Source of the DNA: Escherichia coli | GTDB lineage: Bacteria; Pseudomonadota; Gammaproteobacteria; Enterobacterales; Enterobacteriaceae | DNA length: 64,000 nucleotides | Reading direction: 5' to 3' (one strand) | Assembly (NCBI RefSeq): GCF_044647545.1 | Contig: NZ_CP172818.1 | Shown: in pieces, positions 10,866-22,902 of the stretch | Numbering within the stretch: position 1 is the first letter of the stretch | Layout: each line of letters begins with the position of its first letter | The notes under the pieces: model-generated | Databases searched by the model: none | Seen by the model: only the letters and a program-made list of their open reading frames with translations | Told to the model about the DNA's origin: nothing | Program-made: the position numbers and the translations under genes

Positions 10866-11411
10866 ATGCTGAAGTTACTGAAAACTATTATGCGCGCCGG
10901 AACCGCGACGGTGAAATATCCCTTCGCGCCACTGGAGGTCAGCCCAGGCTTTCGCGGGAAACCGGACCTGATGCCCAGCCAATGTATTGCCTGCGGTGCC
11001 TGCGCCTGTGCTTGTCCGGCAAATGCGCTGACTATCCAGACCGACGACCAACAAAATACGCGCACCTGGCAGCTCTATCTGGGGCGTTGTATTTACTGCG
11101 GACGTTGTGAAGAAGTGTGCCCGACCAGAGCCATTCAGCTTACCAATAACTTTGAACTGACCGTCACCAATAAAGCCGATCTCTATACCCGCGCGACGTT
11201 TCATCTACAACGTTGCAGTCGTTGCGAACGCCCATTTGCCCCGCAAAAAACCGTCGCACTGGCTGCAGAACTGTTGGCACAGCAACAAAATGCGCCACAA
11301 AACCGCGAAATGTTGTGGGCGCAAGCGAGCATCTGCCCGGAATGCAAACAACGCGCGACGCTGATCAACGACGATACAGATGTACCGCTGGTGGCTAAGG
11401 AGCAGCTATGA
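10866..11411 (+). CDS. hyfH: Hydrogenase-4 ferredoxin-type subunit (2x 4Fe-4S)
   Basis: 181 aa; [12 protein letters not shown] and [12 protein letters not shown] motifs. Confidence 0.9.
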   Translation: MLKLLKTIMRAGTATVKYPFAPLEVSPGFRGKPDLMPSQCIACGACACACPANALTIQTDDQQNTRTWQLYLGRCIYCGRCEEVCPTRAIQLTNNFELTVTNKADLYTRATFHLQRCSRCERPFAPQKTVALAAELLAQQQNAPQNREMLWAQASICPECKQRATLINDDTDVPLVAKEQL

Positions 11412-12166
11412 GTCCAGTGCTTACGCAACATGTCAGCCAGCCCATAACGCTGGACGAGCAAACGCAAAAGATGAAGCAGCATTTGCTACAGGATATCCGT
11501 CGCTCGGCTTACGTTTATCGCGTCGATTGCGGCGGCTGCAACGCCTGCGAAATCGAAATTTTTGCCGCCATCACACCCGTATTCGACGCAGAACGTTTTG
11601 GCATTAAGGTTGTTTCATCACCGCGTCACGCCGATATTTTGTTATTTACTGGCGCAGTCACCCGGGCGATGCGTATGCCTGCACTTCGGGCATATGAGTC
11701 TGCCCCCGATCATAAAATCTGTGTTTCCTACGGCGCGTGCGGTGTCGGCGGCGGTATTTTCCACGATCTTTACAGCGTCTGGGGCGGCAGCGACACCATT
11801 GTCCCCATTGATGTTTGGATCCCCGGCTGCCCGCCAACACCGGCCGCCACCATTCACGGTTTCGCCGTGGCGCTCGGTTTGCTGCAACAGAAGATTCACG
11901 CGGTGGATTATCGCGATCCCACCGGGGTGACCATGCAACCGCTGTGGCCGCAGATCCCGCCATCACAGCGTATCGCCATTGAGCGAGAAGCGAGGCGGCT
12001 GGCGGGCTATCGTCAAGGGCGAGAAATTTGCGATCGGCTCCTGCGCCATTTAAGCGACGATCCTACAGGAAATCGGGTTAACACCTGGTTGCGCGAAGCT
12101 GACGATCCACGTCTCAATAGTATCGTTCAGCAACTCTTTCGCGTTCTCCGGGGGTTACATGGCTGA
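11408..12166 (+). CDS. hyfI: Hydrogenase-4 small subunit (NuoB/HycG-like, Fe-S)
   Basis: 252 aa; CGGCNAC ... GACGVGGG ... PGCPP motifs typical of NuoB-type small subunits; overlaps hyfH stop. Confidence 0.9.
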   Translation: MSPVLTQHVSQPITLDEQTQKMKQHLLQDIRRSAYVYRVDCGGCNACEIEIFAAITPVFDAERFGIKVVSSPRHADILLFTGAVTRAMRMPALRAYESAPDHKICVSYGACGVGGGIFHDLYSVWGGSDTIVPIDVWIPGCPPTPAATIHGFAVALGLLQQKIHAVDYRDPTGVTMQPLWPQIPPSQRIAIEREARRLAGYRQGREICDRLLRHLSDDPTGNRVNTWLREADDPRLNSIVQQLFRVLRGLHG

Positions 12167-12572
12167 GGAGTGCAGGGAAATTGTTTTCTGGACGCTGCGA
12201 AAAAAATTTATCGCCAGTAGCGACGAGATGCCGGAACACAGCTCCCAGGTAATGTATTACTCGTTGGCTATCGGTCATCACGTTGGCGTGATTGATTGTT
12301 TGAATGTCGCCTTCCGCTGCCCACAGACGGAATACGAAGATTGGCTTGCACAGGTCGAAGAGGAGCAAGCCCGACGTAAGATGCTGGGGGTGATGACTTT
12401 TGGTGAGATTGTTATTGACGCCAGCCACACCGCCCTGTTGACCCGGGCATTCGCGCCACTGGCAGATGACGCGACGTCGGCGTGGCAGGCGCGTAGCATT
12501 CAATTCATTCATCTGTTGGATGAAATTGTGCAGGAACCGGTCATCTATCTGATGGCCAGAAAAATTGCGTGA
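12159..12572 (+). CDS. hyfJ: Hydrogenase-4 maturation/assembly factor (HycH-like)
   Basis: 137-aa ORF overlapping hyfI 3' end; operon position. Confidence 0.85.
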   Translation: MAEECREIVFWTLRKKFIASSDEMPEHSSQVMYYSLAIGHHVGVIDCLNVAFRCPQTEYEDWLAQVEEEQARRKMLGVMTFGEIVIDASHTALLTRAFAPLADDATSAWQARSIQFIHLLDEIVQEPVIYLMARKIA

Positions 12573-12601
12573 GAAGGATTTCTCATTAATAAGGACTGTT
12601 G

Positions 12602-14614
12602 ATGGCTATGTCAGACGAGGCGATGTTTGCCCCGCCGCAAGGAATAACAATTGAAGCGGTAAACGGAATGCTCGCGGAGCGGTTAGCACAGAAACACGGC
12701 AAGGCGTCTTTATTACGCGCCTTCATCCCGCTGCCGCCGCCGTTCAGCCCGGTACAACTTATTGAACTGCATGTTCTCAAAAGCAACTTCTATTACCGCT
12801 ACCATGATGATGGCAGCGATGTGACGGCAACAACAGAGTATCAGGGTGAGATGGTCGATTATTCGCGCCACGCCGTCCTTCTCGGCAGTAGTGGAATGGC
12901 GGAGCTACGCTTTATTCGCACCCACGGCAGTCGTTTTACTCCCCAGGATTGCACACTGTTTAACTGGCTGGCACACATAATCACTCCGGTTCTGCAATCA
13001 TGGCTCAATGATGAAGAACAGCAGGTGGCGCTGCGTTTGCTGGAGAAAGATCGCGATCATCATCGGGTACTGGTGGATATCACTAATGCAGTGTTGTCAC
13101 ATCTTGATCTCGACGATCTGATCGCTGACGTCGCTCGTGAGATCCATCATTTTTTCGGTCTGGCTTCAGTCAGTATGGTACTGGGCGATCATCGAAAGAA
13201 CGAGAAGTTCAGCCTGTGGTGCAGCGATCTTTCTGCCTCACATTGTGCGTGTCTGCCACGCTGTATGCCTGGCGAAAGTGTATTGCTGACACAAACGCTA
13301 CAAACCCGACAACCGACCTTGACGCACTGTGCAGACGATCTGTTTCTCTGGCAACGCGACCCGTTATTACACTTACTTGCATCTAACGGCTGCGAATCTG
13401 CGCTCCTTATACCGCTCACCTTTGGCAACCATACACCGGGTGCATTGTTGCTGGCGCATACCTCTTCCACTCTCTTTAGTGAGGAAAACTGCCAGCTACT
13501 ACAACATATTGCCGATCGCATCGCTATTGCCGTTGGCAATGCCGATGCCTGGCGCAGCATGACCGATTTGCAGGAAAGCTTGCAGCAAGAAAACCACCAG
13601 CTTAGCGAGCAGCTCCTTTCGAATCTGGGCGTCGGTGACATTATCTATCAAAGCCAGGCAATGGAAGACCTGCTCCAGCAGGTAGATATTGTGGCGAAGA
13701 GCGACAGTACGGTGTTGATTTGTGGTGAAACCGGAACCGGCAAAGAGGTGATCGCCAGAGCGATCCATCAACTTAGCCCACGACGCGACAAGCCACTGGT
13801 CAAAATCAACTGCGCTGCCATCCCCGCCAGTCTTCTGGAAAGTGAGTTATTCGGTCATGACAAAGGGGCATTTACTGGTGCGATTAATACCCATCGTGGT
13901 CGTTTTGAAATTGCCGATGGCGGCACGTTGTTTCTCGATGAAATTGGCGATCTGCCGTTAGAACTTCAGCCTAAACTGCTGCGCGTATTGCAGGAACGGG
14001 AGATTGAGCGTCTCGGCGGGAGTAGAACGATCCCGGTAAATGTCAGAGTCATTGCCGCCACCAACCGTGATTTGTGGCAAATGGTTGAAGATCGCCAGTT
14101 TCGCAGCGATCTCTTTTATCGCCTGAATGTCTTCCCACTGGAACTGCCGCCACTGCGCGACCGTCCGGAAGATATCCCTCTTTTAGCAAAGCATTTCACG
14201 CAAAAAATGGCGCGCCATATGAATCGCGCAATTGACGCCATCCCGACCGAGGCGCTACGCCAGTTGATGTCGTGGGACTGGCCGGGCAACGTGCGCGAGC
14301 TGGAAAACGTGATTGAGCGAGCGGTACTACTGACTCGCGGTAACAGTCTGAATTTACATCTTAATGTCCGACAAAGCCGTTTACTGCCGACGCTAAATGA
14401 AGATTCAGCGCTTCGCAGTTCAATGGCGCAGTTACTGCACCCGACGACGCCAGAGAATGACGAAGAAGAACGTCAGCGCATTGTTCAGGTATTGCGAGAA
14501 ACCAATGGCATTGTTGCCGGGCCCCGTGGCGCGGCGACACGATTAGGGATGAAGCGCACCACGCTGCTGTCACGAATGCAGCGTCTGGGGATCTCGGTTC
14601 GCGAGGTGTTGTAA
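12602..14614 (+). CDS. hyfR: Sigma-54-dependent transcriptional activator of hyf (FhlA paralog)
   Basis: 670 aa from ATG 12602; Walker A GETGTGKE, sigma-54 contact motif GAFTGA, C-terminal HTH. Confidence 0.92.
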   Translation: MAMSDEAMFAPPQGITIEAVNGMLAERLAQKHGKASLLRAFIPLPPPFSPVQLIELHVLKSNFYYRYHDDGSDVTATTEYQGEMVDYSRHAVLLGSSGMAELRFIRTHGSRFTPQDCTLFNWLAHIITPVLQSWLNDEEQQVALRLLEKDRDHHRVLVDITNAVLSHLDLDDLIADVAREIHHFFGLASVSMVLGDHRKNEKFSLWCSDLSASHCACLPRCMPGESVLLTQTLQTRQPTLTHCADDLFLWQRDPLLHLLASNGCESALLIPLTFGNHTPGALLLAHTSSTLFSEENCQLLQHIADRIAIAVGNADAWRSMTDLQESLQQENHQLSEQLLSNLGVGDIIYQSQAMEDLLQQVDIVAKSDSTVLICGETGTGKEVIARAIHQLSPRRDKPLVKINCAAIPASLLESELFGHDKGAFTGAINTHRGRFEIADGGTLFLDEIGDLPLELQPKLLRVLQEREIERLGGSRTIPVNVRVIAATNRDLWQMVEDRQFRSDLFYRLNVFPLELPPLRDRPEDIPLLAKHFTQKMARHMNRAIDAIPTEALRQLMSWDWPGNVRELENVIERAVLLTRGNSLNLHLNVRQSRLLPTLNEDSALRSSMAQLLHPTTPENDEEERQRIVQVLRETNGIVAGPRGAATRLGMKRTTLLSRMQRLGISVREVL

Positions 14615-14635
14615 TCTGTTTTTGCAGGAGTATGC

Positions 14636-15484
14636 ATGAGAAACAAACTCTCTTTCGACTTGCAGTTGAGCGCCAGAAAAGCGGCAATCGCTGAACGGAT
14701 TGCCGCCCATAAAATTACCCGCAGCAAAGTGTCGGTCTTTTTAATGGCGATGTCCGCAGGCGTGTTTATGGCGATCGGATTTACTTTTTACCTTACCGTT
14801 ATCGCCGATGCCCCGTCTTCACAGGCATTAACCCATCTGGTGGGCGGCCTTTGCTTTACACTCGGCTTTATTTTGCTGGCGGTTTGCGGCACCAGCCTGT
14901 TCACCTCGTCGGTAATGACGGTGATGGCAAAAAGTCGGGGCGTTATTAGCTGGCGAACATGGCTGATTAATGCACTTCTGGTGGCCTGCGGTAATCTGGC
15001 AGGTATTGCCTGTTTCAGTTTGTTAATCTGGTTTTCCGGGCTGGTGATGAGTGAAAACGCGATGTGGGGAGTCGCGGTTTTACACTGCGCCGAGGGCAAA
15101 ATGCATCATACATTTACTGAATCAGTCAGCCTCGGCATTATGTGCAATGTGATGGTTTGCCTGGCGCTGTGGATGAGTTATTGCGGACGTTCGTTATGCG
15201 ACAAAATCGTCGCCATGATTTTGCCCATCACCCTGTTTGTCGCCAGTGGCTTTGAGCACTGTATCGCCAATTTATTTGTGATTCCGTTCGCCATTGCCAT
15301 TCGCCATTTCGCCCCTACCTCCTTCTGGCAACTGGCGCACAGTAGCGCAGACCATTTTCCGGCACTGACGGTCAGCCATTTTATTACCGCCAATCTGCTC
15401 CCGGTGATGCTGGGTAATATTATCGGCGGTGCAGTGCTGGTGAGTATTTGTTATCGGGCTATTTATTTACGTCAGGAACCCTAA
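14636..15484 (+). CDS. focB: Formate channel, FNT family
   Basis: 282-aa polytopic ORF at the end of the hyf operon. Confidence 0.9.
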   Translation: MRNKLSFDLQLSARKAAIAERIAAHKITRSKVSVFLMAMSAGVFMAIGFTFYLTVIADAPSSQALTHLVGGLCFTLGFILLAVCGTSLFTSSVMTVMAKSRGVISWRTWLINALLVACGNLAGIACFSLLIWFSGLVMSENAMWGVAVLHCAEGKMHHTFTESVSLGIMCNVMVCLALWMSYCGRSLCDKIVAMILPITLFVASGFEHCIANLFVIPFAIAIRHFAPTSFWQLAHSSADHFPALTVSHFITANLLPVMLGNIIGGAVLVSICYRAIYLRQEP

Positions 15485-15486
15485 AA

Positions 15487-15516
15487 ATCAGCCCGGCGAA
15501 ACAGTTCGTCGGGCTG
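15487..15516. terminator. Bidirectional hairpin terminator between focB and perM
   Basis: cagcccggcgaa-acag-ttcgtcgggctg stem-loop flanked by an A-run (left) and T-rich tract (right), between convergent genes. Confidence 0.6.
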
Positions 15517-15520
15517 AAGA

Positions 15521-16582
15521 TTATTCTTGCGCGATTTGCCCATCGGGCCAGGCGTGAATCACGGCTTTGATCAGCGTCGCCAATGGAATGGCGAAGAATA
15601 CGCCCCAGAATCCCCACAAACCACCGAAGATCACCACCGATAAAATAATCACCAGCGGATGCAGGTTAACCGCTTCGGAGAACAACACCGGCACTAGCAG
15701 GTTGCCGTCCAGCGCCTGAATGATCAGATACACCGCGAAGCAGCTCCAGAATTCCGTGCCAGCACCAAACTGGAATAGCGCCACGCCAATCACCGGAATG
15801 GTCACCACAAATGCGCCAATGTACGGAATAAGAACCGAGAAGCCGACCAGCACCGCCAGCAGCAGCGAATAGTTCAGCCCGAAGAGTAAGAACCCCAGCC
15901 AGGTGGCGATCCCCACCACGATCATCTCCAGCACTTTGCCGCGGATATAGTTGGTGATTTGTTGATTCATCTCCTTCCACACCTGTCCTGCCAGTCCGCG
16001 GTTACGCGGTAGCACCCGACGAACGGCGTTCAGCATCTGCTCTTTGTCTTTCAGCAGGAAGAAGACCATCAATGGCACCAGCACCAGATAGACAGCTATG
16101 GTGAGCAAACCGACCAGCGAGGCGAGGGAAATTTTCACCACCGAATCGCCCATGGTCAGCATCCGACTGCGCATATTTTCGGCCATTGCATCAATAATGC
16201 CCGCGTCCATTAACGCCGGATAGCGGCGCGGCAACGTGGCGGCAAAGTCAGAAAGCTTATTGAGCATCCCCGGCATATCGCGAATTAAGTAGATGCCCTG
16301 CTGCCAGGCGATAGGCAATACCACGAACGCCATCAGTAGCAATATACCGACGAAAACCACCAATACAATCGACGTCGCCCAGCGGCGGGAGCAGCCAATA
16401 GATTGCAGGCGCACGGTTGGCCATTCCAGCAAATAGGCCAGCACAATAGCCACCAGCAACGGAGCAAGCAGGCCACTAAAGAAAAAGATAATGCCAAATC
16501 CGGCAACTAAAATAACCAGCAAGGCAATCGCTTCCGGGTCGCTAAAACGGCGGCGATACCATTGCATCAACATTTCGAGCAT
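15521..16582 (-). CDS. perM: AI-2E family inner-membrane transporter/permease
   Basis: 353-aa polytopic ORF (yfgO). Confidence 0.88.
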   Translation of the reverse strand: MLEMLMQWYRRRFSDPEAIALLVILVAGFGIIFFFSGLLAPLLVAIVLAYLLEWPTVRLQSIGCSRRWATSIVLVVFVGILLLMAFVVLPIAWQQGIYLIRDMPGMLNKLSDFAATLPRRYPALMDAGIIDAMAENMRSRMLTMGDSVVKISLASLVGLLTIAVYLVLVPLMVFFLLKDKEQMLNAVRRVLPRNRGLAGQVWKEMNQQITNYIRGKVLEMIVVGIATWLGFLLFGLNYSLLLAVLVGFSVLIPYIGAFVVTIPVIGVALFQFGAGTEFWSCFAVYLIIQALDGNLLVPVLFSEAVNLHPLVIILSVVIFGGLWGFWGVFFAIPLATLIKAVIHAWPDGQIAQE

Positions 16583-16734
16583 AAAGACCTTCCCTGAACC
16601 TCAAGAGCGGGATTGCGATCCGCAATTGTATCGAAATGTCACAAAAAAGACTTCGCTTTTTATGACGGATTCAGGAAACTGAAAAGTCATTTGAGTGGGC
16701 TAATCTTCGCCGTTACACTCAAAGGCGGCGCGGT

Positions 16735-16764
16735 GGGAACGATATTTCACAGTATCGGTCAAAT
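16735..16764 (+). promoter_or_regulatory. Candidate sigma-E (RpoE) promoter upstream of bepA
   Basis: GGAAC (16736-16740) then about 17 nt then TCAAA, resembling GGAACTT-N16-TCAAA; about 30 nt upstream of the bepA ATG. Confidence 0.4.
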
Positions 16765-16794
16765 GACTATCTTCAGAAATACAGGATAGAGGTT

Positions 16795-18258
16795 ATGTTC
16801 AGGCAGTTGAAAAAAAACCTGGTTGCAACCCTCATTGCTGCTATGACCATTGGTCAGGTAGCCCCGGCGTTTGCCGACAGCGCAGACACCTTGCCGGATA
16901 TGGGAACCTCCGCAGGAAGCACGCTTTCCATTGGTCAGGAAATGCAGATGGGCGACTATTATGTCCGCCAGCTACGCGGCAGCGCGCCGTTAATTAATGA
17001 CCCGCTGTTAACGCAATATATTAATTCGCTGGGTATGCGTCTGGTTTCGCATGCCAATTCGGTTAAGACACCGTTTCATTTCTTTCTGATCAACAACGAC
17101 GAAATTAACGCCTTTGCTTTCTTTGGCGGCAACGTGGTGCTGCACTCTGCCCTGTTCCGTTATTCCGATAACGAAAGTCAACTGGCTTCAGTTATGGCGC
17201 ACGAAATCTCCCACGTCACCCAACGTCACCTGGCGCGAGCGATGGAAGATCAACAGCGCAGCGCGCCGCTGACCTGGGTCGGCGCGTTAGGTTCTATTTT
17301 ACTGGCGATGGCCAGTCCGCAGGCGGGGATGGCAGCGCTGACCGGTACACTGGCGGGAACGCGCCAGGGGATGATCAGTTTCACCCAGCAAAATGAACAG
17401 GAAGCGGATCGCATTGGTATTCAGGTGCTGCAACGCTCAGGATTCGATCCGCAGGCGATGCCGACCTTCCTCGAAAAATTGCTCGATCAGGCGCGTTACT
17501 CCTCGCGTCCGCCGGAAATTTTATTGACTCACCCGTTGCCGGAAAGTCGTCTGGCAGATGCCCGCAACCGTGCTAATCAGATGCGCCCGATGGTGGTGCA
17601 GTCGTCGGAGGATTTCTATCTGGCGAAAGCGCGCACACTGGGGATGTATAATTCCGGACGTAATCAGCTCACCAGTGATTTGCTGGATGAATGGGCGAAA
17701 GGAAACGTTCGTCAGCAACGAGCGGCGCAATATGGTCGTGCTCTACAGGCGATGGAAGCCAATAAATACGATGAGGCGCGTAAAACGCTGCAACCGTTAC
17801 TGGCGGCAGAACCTGGTAACGCATGGTATCTCGATCTGGCTACCGATATCGATCTTGGGCAAAACAAAGCCAATGAGGCAATCAATCGCCTGAAAAATGC
17901 CCGTGATTTGCGTACCAATCCGGTGTTGCAGCTCAACCTGGCGAACGCTTATCTGCAAGGCGGTCAACCACAAGAAGCGGCCAATATTCTGAATCGCTAC
18001 ACTTTTAATAATAAAGATGACAGCAACGGCTGGGATTTACTGGCACAGGCGGAAGCCGCGCTAAATAACCGCGATCAGGAACTGGCTGCGCGAGCAGAAG
18101 GTTATGCGCTCGCCGGGCGACTCGATCAGGCCATTTCCTTGTTGAGTAGCGCCAGTTCGCAGGTGAAATTAGGCAGCCTGCAACAAGCGCGTTACGATGC
18201 GCGCATCGACCAGTTGCGCCAGCTGCAGGAACGCTTTAAGCCTTATACCAAGATGTAA
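16795..18258 (+). CDS. bepA: Periplasmic M48 zinc metalloprotease/chaperone with TPR domain (outer-membrane protein biogenesis quality control)
   Basis: 487 aa; signal peptide; [10 protein letters not shown] zinc motif; TPR-like C-terminus. Confidence 0.92.
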
Positions 18259-18278
18259 TTCGCATTAAAGGAAGAACA

Positions 18279-18638
18279 ATGACCAAACAGGTAAAAATCT
18301 ACCATAACCCACGCTGTTCAAAGAGCCGGGAAACGCTGAGCCTGCTGAAAGAAAACGGCGTGGAGCCAGAAGTGGTGCTCTACCTTGAGACACCCGCCGA
18401 TGCGGCAACGCTGCGTGATTTGCTGAAAATGCTGGGAATGAATAGCGCTCGTGAATTGATGCGCCAGAAAGAGGATCTTTATAAAGAACTGAACCTGGCT
18501 GACAGTTCGCTTAGCGAAGGGGCGCTGATTCAGGCAATGGTGGATAATCCAAAGCTAATGGAGCGCCCGATTGTGGTCGCGAATGGCAAAGCGCGGATTG
18601 GTCGTCCACCGGAGCTGGTACTGGAAATCGTGGGTTAA
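18279..18638 (+). CDS. yfgD: ArsC-family reductase-like protein
   Basis: 119 aa; N-terminal HNPRCSKSRETL Cys motif of ArsC/Spx family. Confidence 0.88.
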   Translation: MTKQVKIYHNPRCSKSRETLSLLKENGVEPEVVLYLETPADAATLRDLLKMLGMNSARELMRQKEDLYKELNLADSSLSEGALIQAMVDNPKLMERPIVVANGKARIGRPPELVLEIVG

Positions 18639-18667
18639 GAAGTGCTCCATCGCTAGTTGAAGCACAT

Positions 18668-18703
18668 TGCCGGATGCGACGCTTGCCGCGTCTTATCCGG
18701 CCG
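18668..18703. repeat. REP (repetitive extragenic palindromic) element
   Basis: gccggatgcgacgcttgccgcgtcttatccggcc, classic REP consensus with imperfect palindrome. Confidence 0.75.
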
Positions 18704-18743
18704 ACGAATACTATGGGTGCATATCCGACAATAAACGTCTTGT

Positions 18744-19445
18744 CTACAGTTTCAGAATTTCTTTCACAAACGGAATGGTCAGCTTACGTTGCGCGGTAAT
18801 CGACGCACGATCCAGCTGATCCAGCGTCATAAATAACGTGCGCATTTCTCTGTCGAGCCGCTTCAGCAAGAAACGCCCCACATCTTCCGGCAGTTCAAAA
18901 CCACGCAAACGCGCGCGTAACTGTAGCGCCTGCAACTTATCTTCATCAGAAAGTGGCTGCAATTTGTAGATCTGCCCCCAGTCGAGTCGCGACGCGAGAT
19001 CCGGTAATCCCAGATTCAACTGCCGCGGTGGACGATCGCCGGTGATCAACAACCGTGTTTTGCCCGATTCCAGAATTCGATTGTAGAGATCGAAAATCGC
19101 CATCTCCCACAACTCATCGCCTGCAATACACTCAATGTTGTCGATACAGACCAGCGACAAATGCTCCATACCGTCGAGCACTTCCGGAACAAACCAGGTG
19201 CGTTTATCCAGCGGGACATAGCCCACCGCATCGCCACGCTGCGACAATTCCGCGCAAGCCGCGTGCAGCAGATGGCTGCGCCCCGCGCCTTCGCGTGCCC
19301 AGAGATAGATGTAACCGCTATGTTCCTGACGCAGCACGTTTTGCAGCGCGGCCAGTAAAGAGGAGTTATCCCCCGGCCAGAAACTTGCAAAGGTTTCGTC
19401 GTCAGGAAGATAAAGTGGCAAAGAGAGCTGTGCCGGTGTGTTCAG
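18744..19445 (-). CDS. hda: DnaA regulatory inactivator Hda (AAA+), non-AUG start
   Basis: ORF track gives 248 aa from an upstream ATG; the 233-aa product begins at in-frame CTG (plus-strand cag 19443-19445), [16 protein letters not shown]... Confidence 0.85.
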
Positions 19446-19539
19446 AGATACCTCAACCAGGATTTCACAAAATCGCGAGAAGTTTACCACAGAATCCCAT
19501 GATGTTTGAACCGGGCAGCAACACTGCCCGGTCGGTACA

Positions 19540-20829
19540 TTATTTGTCTGTTATATCCGCGTCTTCTGCGTCCAGCACCACTTCTTCAGGGCGCAGCATA
19601 CTAATCAGTTTGAAGATCAAACTTAAGCCGATACCGACGATGGTCGCCAGCGCCATACCTTTCAGCTCCGCCGCGCCAATGTTTACCTTCGCGCCACTGA
19701 CGCCGATGATCAAAATAACGGAAGTCAGGATCAGGTTCTGTGCTTTGTTGTAATCCACTTTCGATTCGATCAACACACGAATACCGGAAGCACCGATGAC
19801 ACCGTAAAGCAGCAGCGAAACGCCGCCCATCACCGGCAATGGAATCATCTGGATAGCAGCAGCCAGTTTACCGACGCAGGAAAGCAGGATAGCGAAAATC
19901 GCCGCCCCGCCGATAACCCAGGTACTGTAAACACGGGTGATCGCCATCACGCCAATGTTTTCTCCGTAAGTGGTGTTTGGCGTGGAGCCAAAGAAGCCGG
20001 AGATCACGGTCGACAAGCCGTTAGCAAACATCGAACGGTGCAGACCTGGATCGCGCAGCAGATCTTTTTTGACGATATTAGCCGTTACCACCAGGTGCCC
20101 TACGTGTTCGGCAATAACCACTAACGCCGCTGGCAGAATAGTCAGAATGGCAAACCACTCGAAGCGCGGCGTATAGAGGGTCGGCAGCGCAAACCAGTGA
20201 GCATTAATAATCGGCGTGGTATCGACAATTCCCATTGCGAAAGAGAGCGCGTAGCCCACCAGCACGCCAATTAAAATCGGGATAATTGCCAGGAAACCAC
20301 GAAACAGCACGGAACCTAAAACCGTGACTGCCAAGGTGGTAATGGAGATGATGATGGTTTTGGAGTCTGGCGTTTGCCCTTCAGCCGGGAGTAAACCTGC
20401 CATACCGGCAGCTACGCCCGCCAGCTCCAGACCGATGACGGCAACGATTGCGCCCATTGCCGCAGGTGGAAACAGCACGTCCAGCCAGCCGGTCCCCGCT
20501 TTCTTCACGATAAAAGAAACCAGGCAGAACAGCACGCCGCACATAATAAAGCCGCCCAGCGCGACTTCATACCCTAACGGCAACAGTAACAATACCGGTG
20601 AAATAAAGGCAAAGCTGGAACCAAGATAAGCCGGGATTTTCCCTTTACAGATGAAGAGATACAGCAGCGTTCCTATACCGTTAAATAACAGTACAGTCGC
20701 CGGGTTAATATGAAATAAGACGGGCACCAGGACGGTTGCACCAAACATGGCGAACAAATGTTGCAAACTAAGCGGGATTGTCTGTAAAAGTGGCGGTCTT
20801 TCACTCACCCCGATAGCACGGCGCGTCAT
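19540..20829 (-). CDS. uraA: Uracil:H+ symporter (NCS2 family)
   Basis: 429 aa from ATG at 20829 ([16 protein letters not shown]...); polytopic. Confidence 0.93.
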   Translation of the reverse strand: MTRRAIGVSERPPLLQTIPLSLQHLFAMFGATVLVPVLFHINPATVLLFNGIGTLLYLFICKGKIPAYLGSSFAFISPVLLLLPLGYEVALGGFIMCGVLFCLVSFIVKKAGTGWLDVLFPPAAMGAIVAVIGLELAGVAAGMAGLLPAEGQTPDSKTIIISITTLAVTVLGSVLFRGFLAIIPILIGVLVGYALSFAMGIVDTTPIINAHWFALPTLYTPRFEWFAILTILPAALVVIAEHVGHLVVTANIVKKDLLRDPGLHRSMFANGLSTVISGFFGSTPNTTYGENIGVMAITRVYSTWVIGGAAIFAILLSCVGKLAAAIQMIPLPVMGGVSLLLYGVIGASGIRVLIESKVDYNKAQNLILTSVILIIGVSGAKVNIGAAELKGMALATIVGIGLSLIFKLISMLRPEEVVLDAEDADITDK

Positions 20830-20875
20830 AGAATTATCCTCTGTATTATGTGTTATAGGCGCTTTACTCAAAAAA

Positions 20876-20908
20876 AAGCCGACTCTTAAAGTCGGCTTTA
20901 ATTATTTT
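20876..20908 (-). terminator. Intercistronic hairpin plus T-run (attenuator/terminator) between upp and uraA
   Basis: Minus strand: gccgact-ttaag-agtcggc followed by TTTTTTTT. Confidence 0.65.
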
Positions 20909-20914
20909 TATTCT

Positions 20915-21541
20915 TTATTTCGTACCAAAGATTTTGTCACCGGCATCGCCGAGGCCCGGAATAATGTATCCGTGCTCGTTCAGTCCCTGGTCAATCGATG
21001 CGGTATACAGTTCGACGTCCGGGTGCGCTTTTTCCAGCGCAGCGATACCTTCTGGCGCAGCTACCAGTACCAGAACTTTGATGCTGCTGCAGCCCGCTTT
21101 TTTCAGCAGGTCGATGGTCGCGATAACGGAACCACCGGTTGCCAGCATTGGGTCAACGATCAGCGCCATACGCTCATCGATGTTAGAAACCAGTTTCTGG
21201 AAGTACGGTACCGGCTCCAGCGTTTCTTCATTACGGTACATACCGACGACGCTGATACGCGCGCTCGGAACGTTTTCCAGCACACCGTCCATCATCCCCA
21301 GACCGGCACGTAGAATTGGCACAACGGTAATTTTCTTACCTTTGATCTGATCGATTTCTACCGGGCCGTTCCAGCCTTCGATAGTTACTTTTTCCGTTTC
21401 GAGGTCGGCGGTCGCTTCGTAAGTCAGCAGGCTACCCACTTCGGAAGCGAGTTCGCGAAAGCGCTTGGTGCTGATATCTTGCTCACGCATCAGTCCCAGC
21501 TTGTGTTTGACGAGTGGGTGTTTGACTTCCACGATCTTCAT
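20915..21541 (-). CDS. upp: Uracil phosphoribosyltransferase
   Basis: 208 aa from ATG at 21541 ([17 protein letters not shown]...). Confidence 0.94.
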
Positions 21542-21785
21542 ACTCTTTCTCCTTTGAGGGGCAGCCACAAAAAAATCGACGGATTATACCTCCTTTCTTC
21601 AAGGCGGCAATATTATTTTCGTTGACTTTAGTCAAAATGATAACGGTTTGAGATAAAGTTATTTTGTATTCAAATGGTTATGGAAGAAGATTATTCCATC
21701 CGAAAACGATCCTTTGCCCTGGTACAAGTATTCTTTTGCCGCGCGCCTGGGGAAAAGACGTGCAAAAAGGTTGTGTAAAGCAGTC

Positions 21786-21801
21786 TCGCAAACGTTTGCT
21801 T
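21786..21801. promoter_or_regulatory. PurR operator (pur box) in the purMN promoter
   Basis: tCGCAAACGTTTGCtt, near-perfect palindromic PurR box, about 65 nt upstream of purM start. Confidence 0.75.
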
Positions 21802-21846
21802 TCCCTGTTAGAATTGCGCCGAATTTTATTTTTCTACCGCAAGTAA

Positions 21847-22901
<1,055 letters not shown>

Positions 22902-22902
<1 letters not shown>

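Noticed and set aside
1855-15484. hyf cluster as a possible undescribed energy-conserving system
   Set aside because: It is the well-known hydrogenase-4 locus; retained only as a low-interest note on its intactness.
16491-16682. 63-aa ORF spanning the perM start region
   Set aside because: Overlaps the perM start and promoter on the opposite strand; no RBS; likely spurious.
21664-21846. 60-aa ORF upstream of purM
   Set aside because: Lies in the upp/purM divergent promoter region and overlaps the PurR box; no RBS and Arg/Leu-rich composition; probably not coding.
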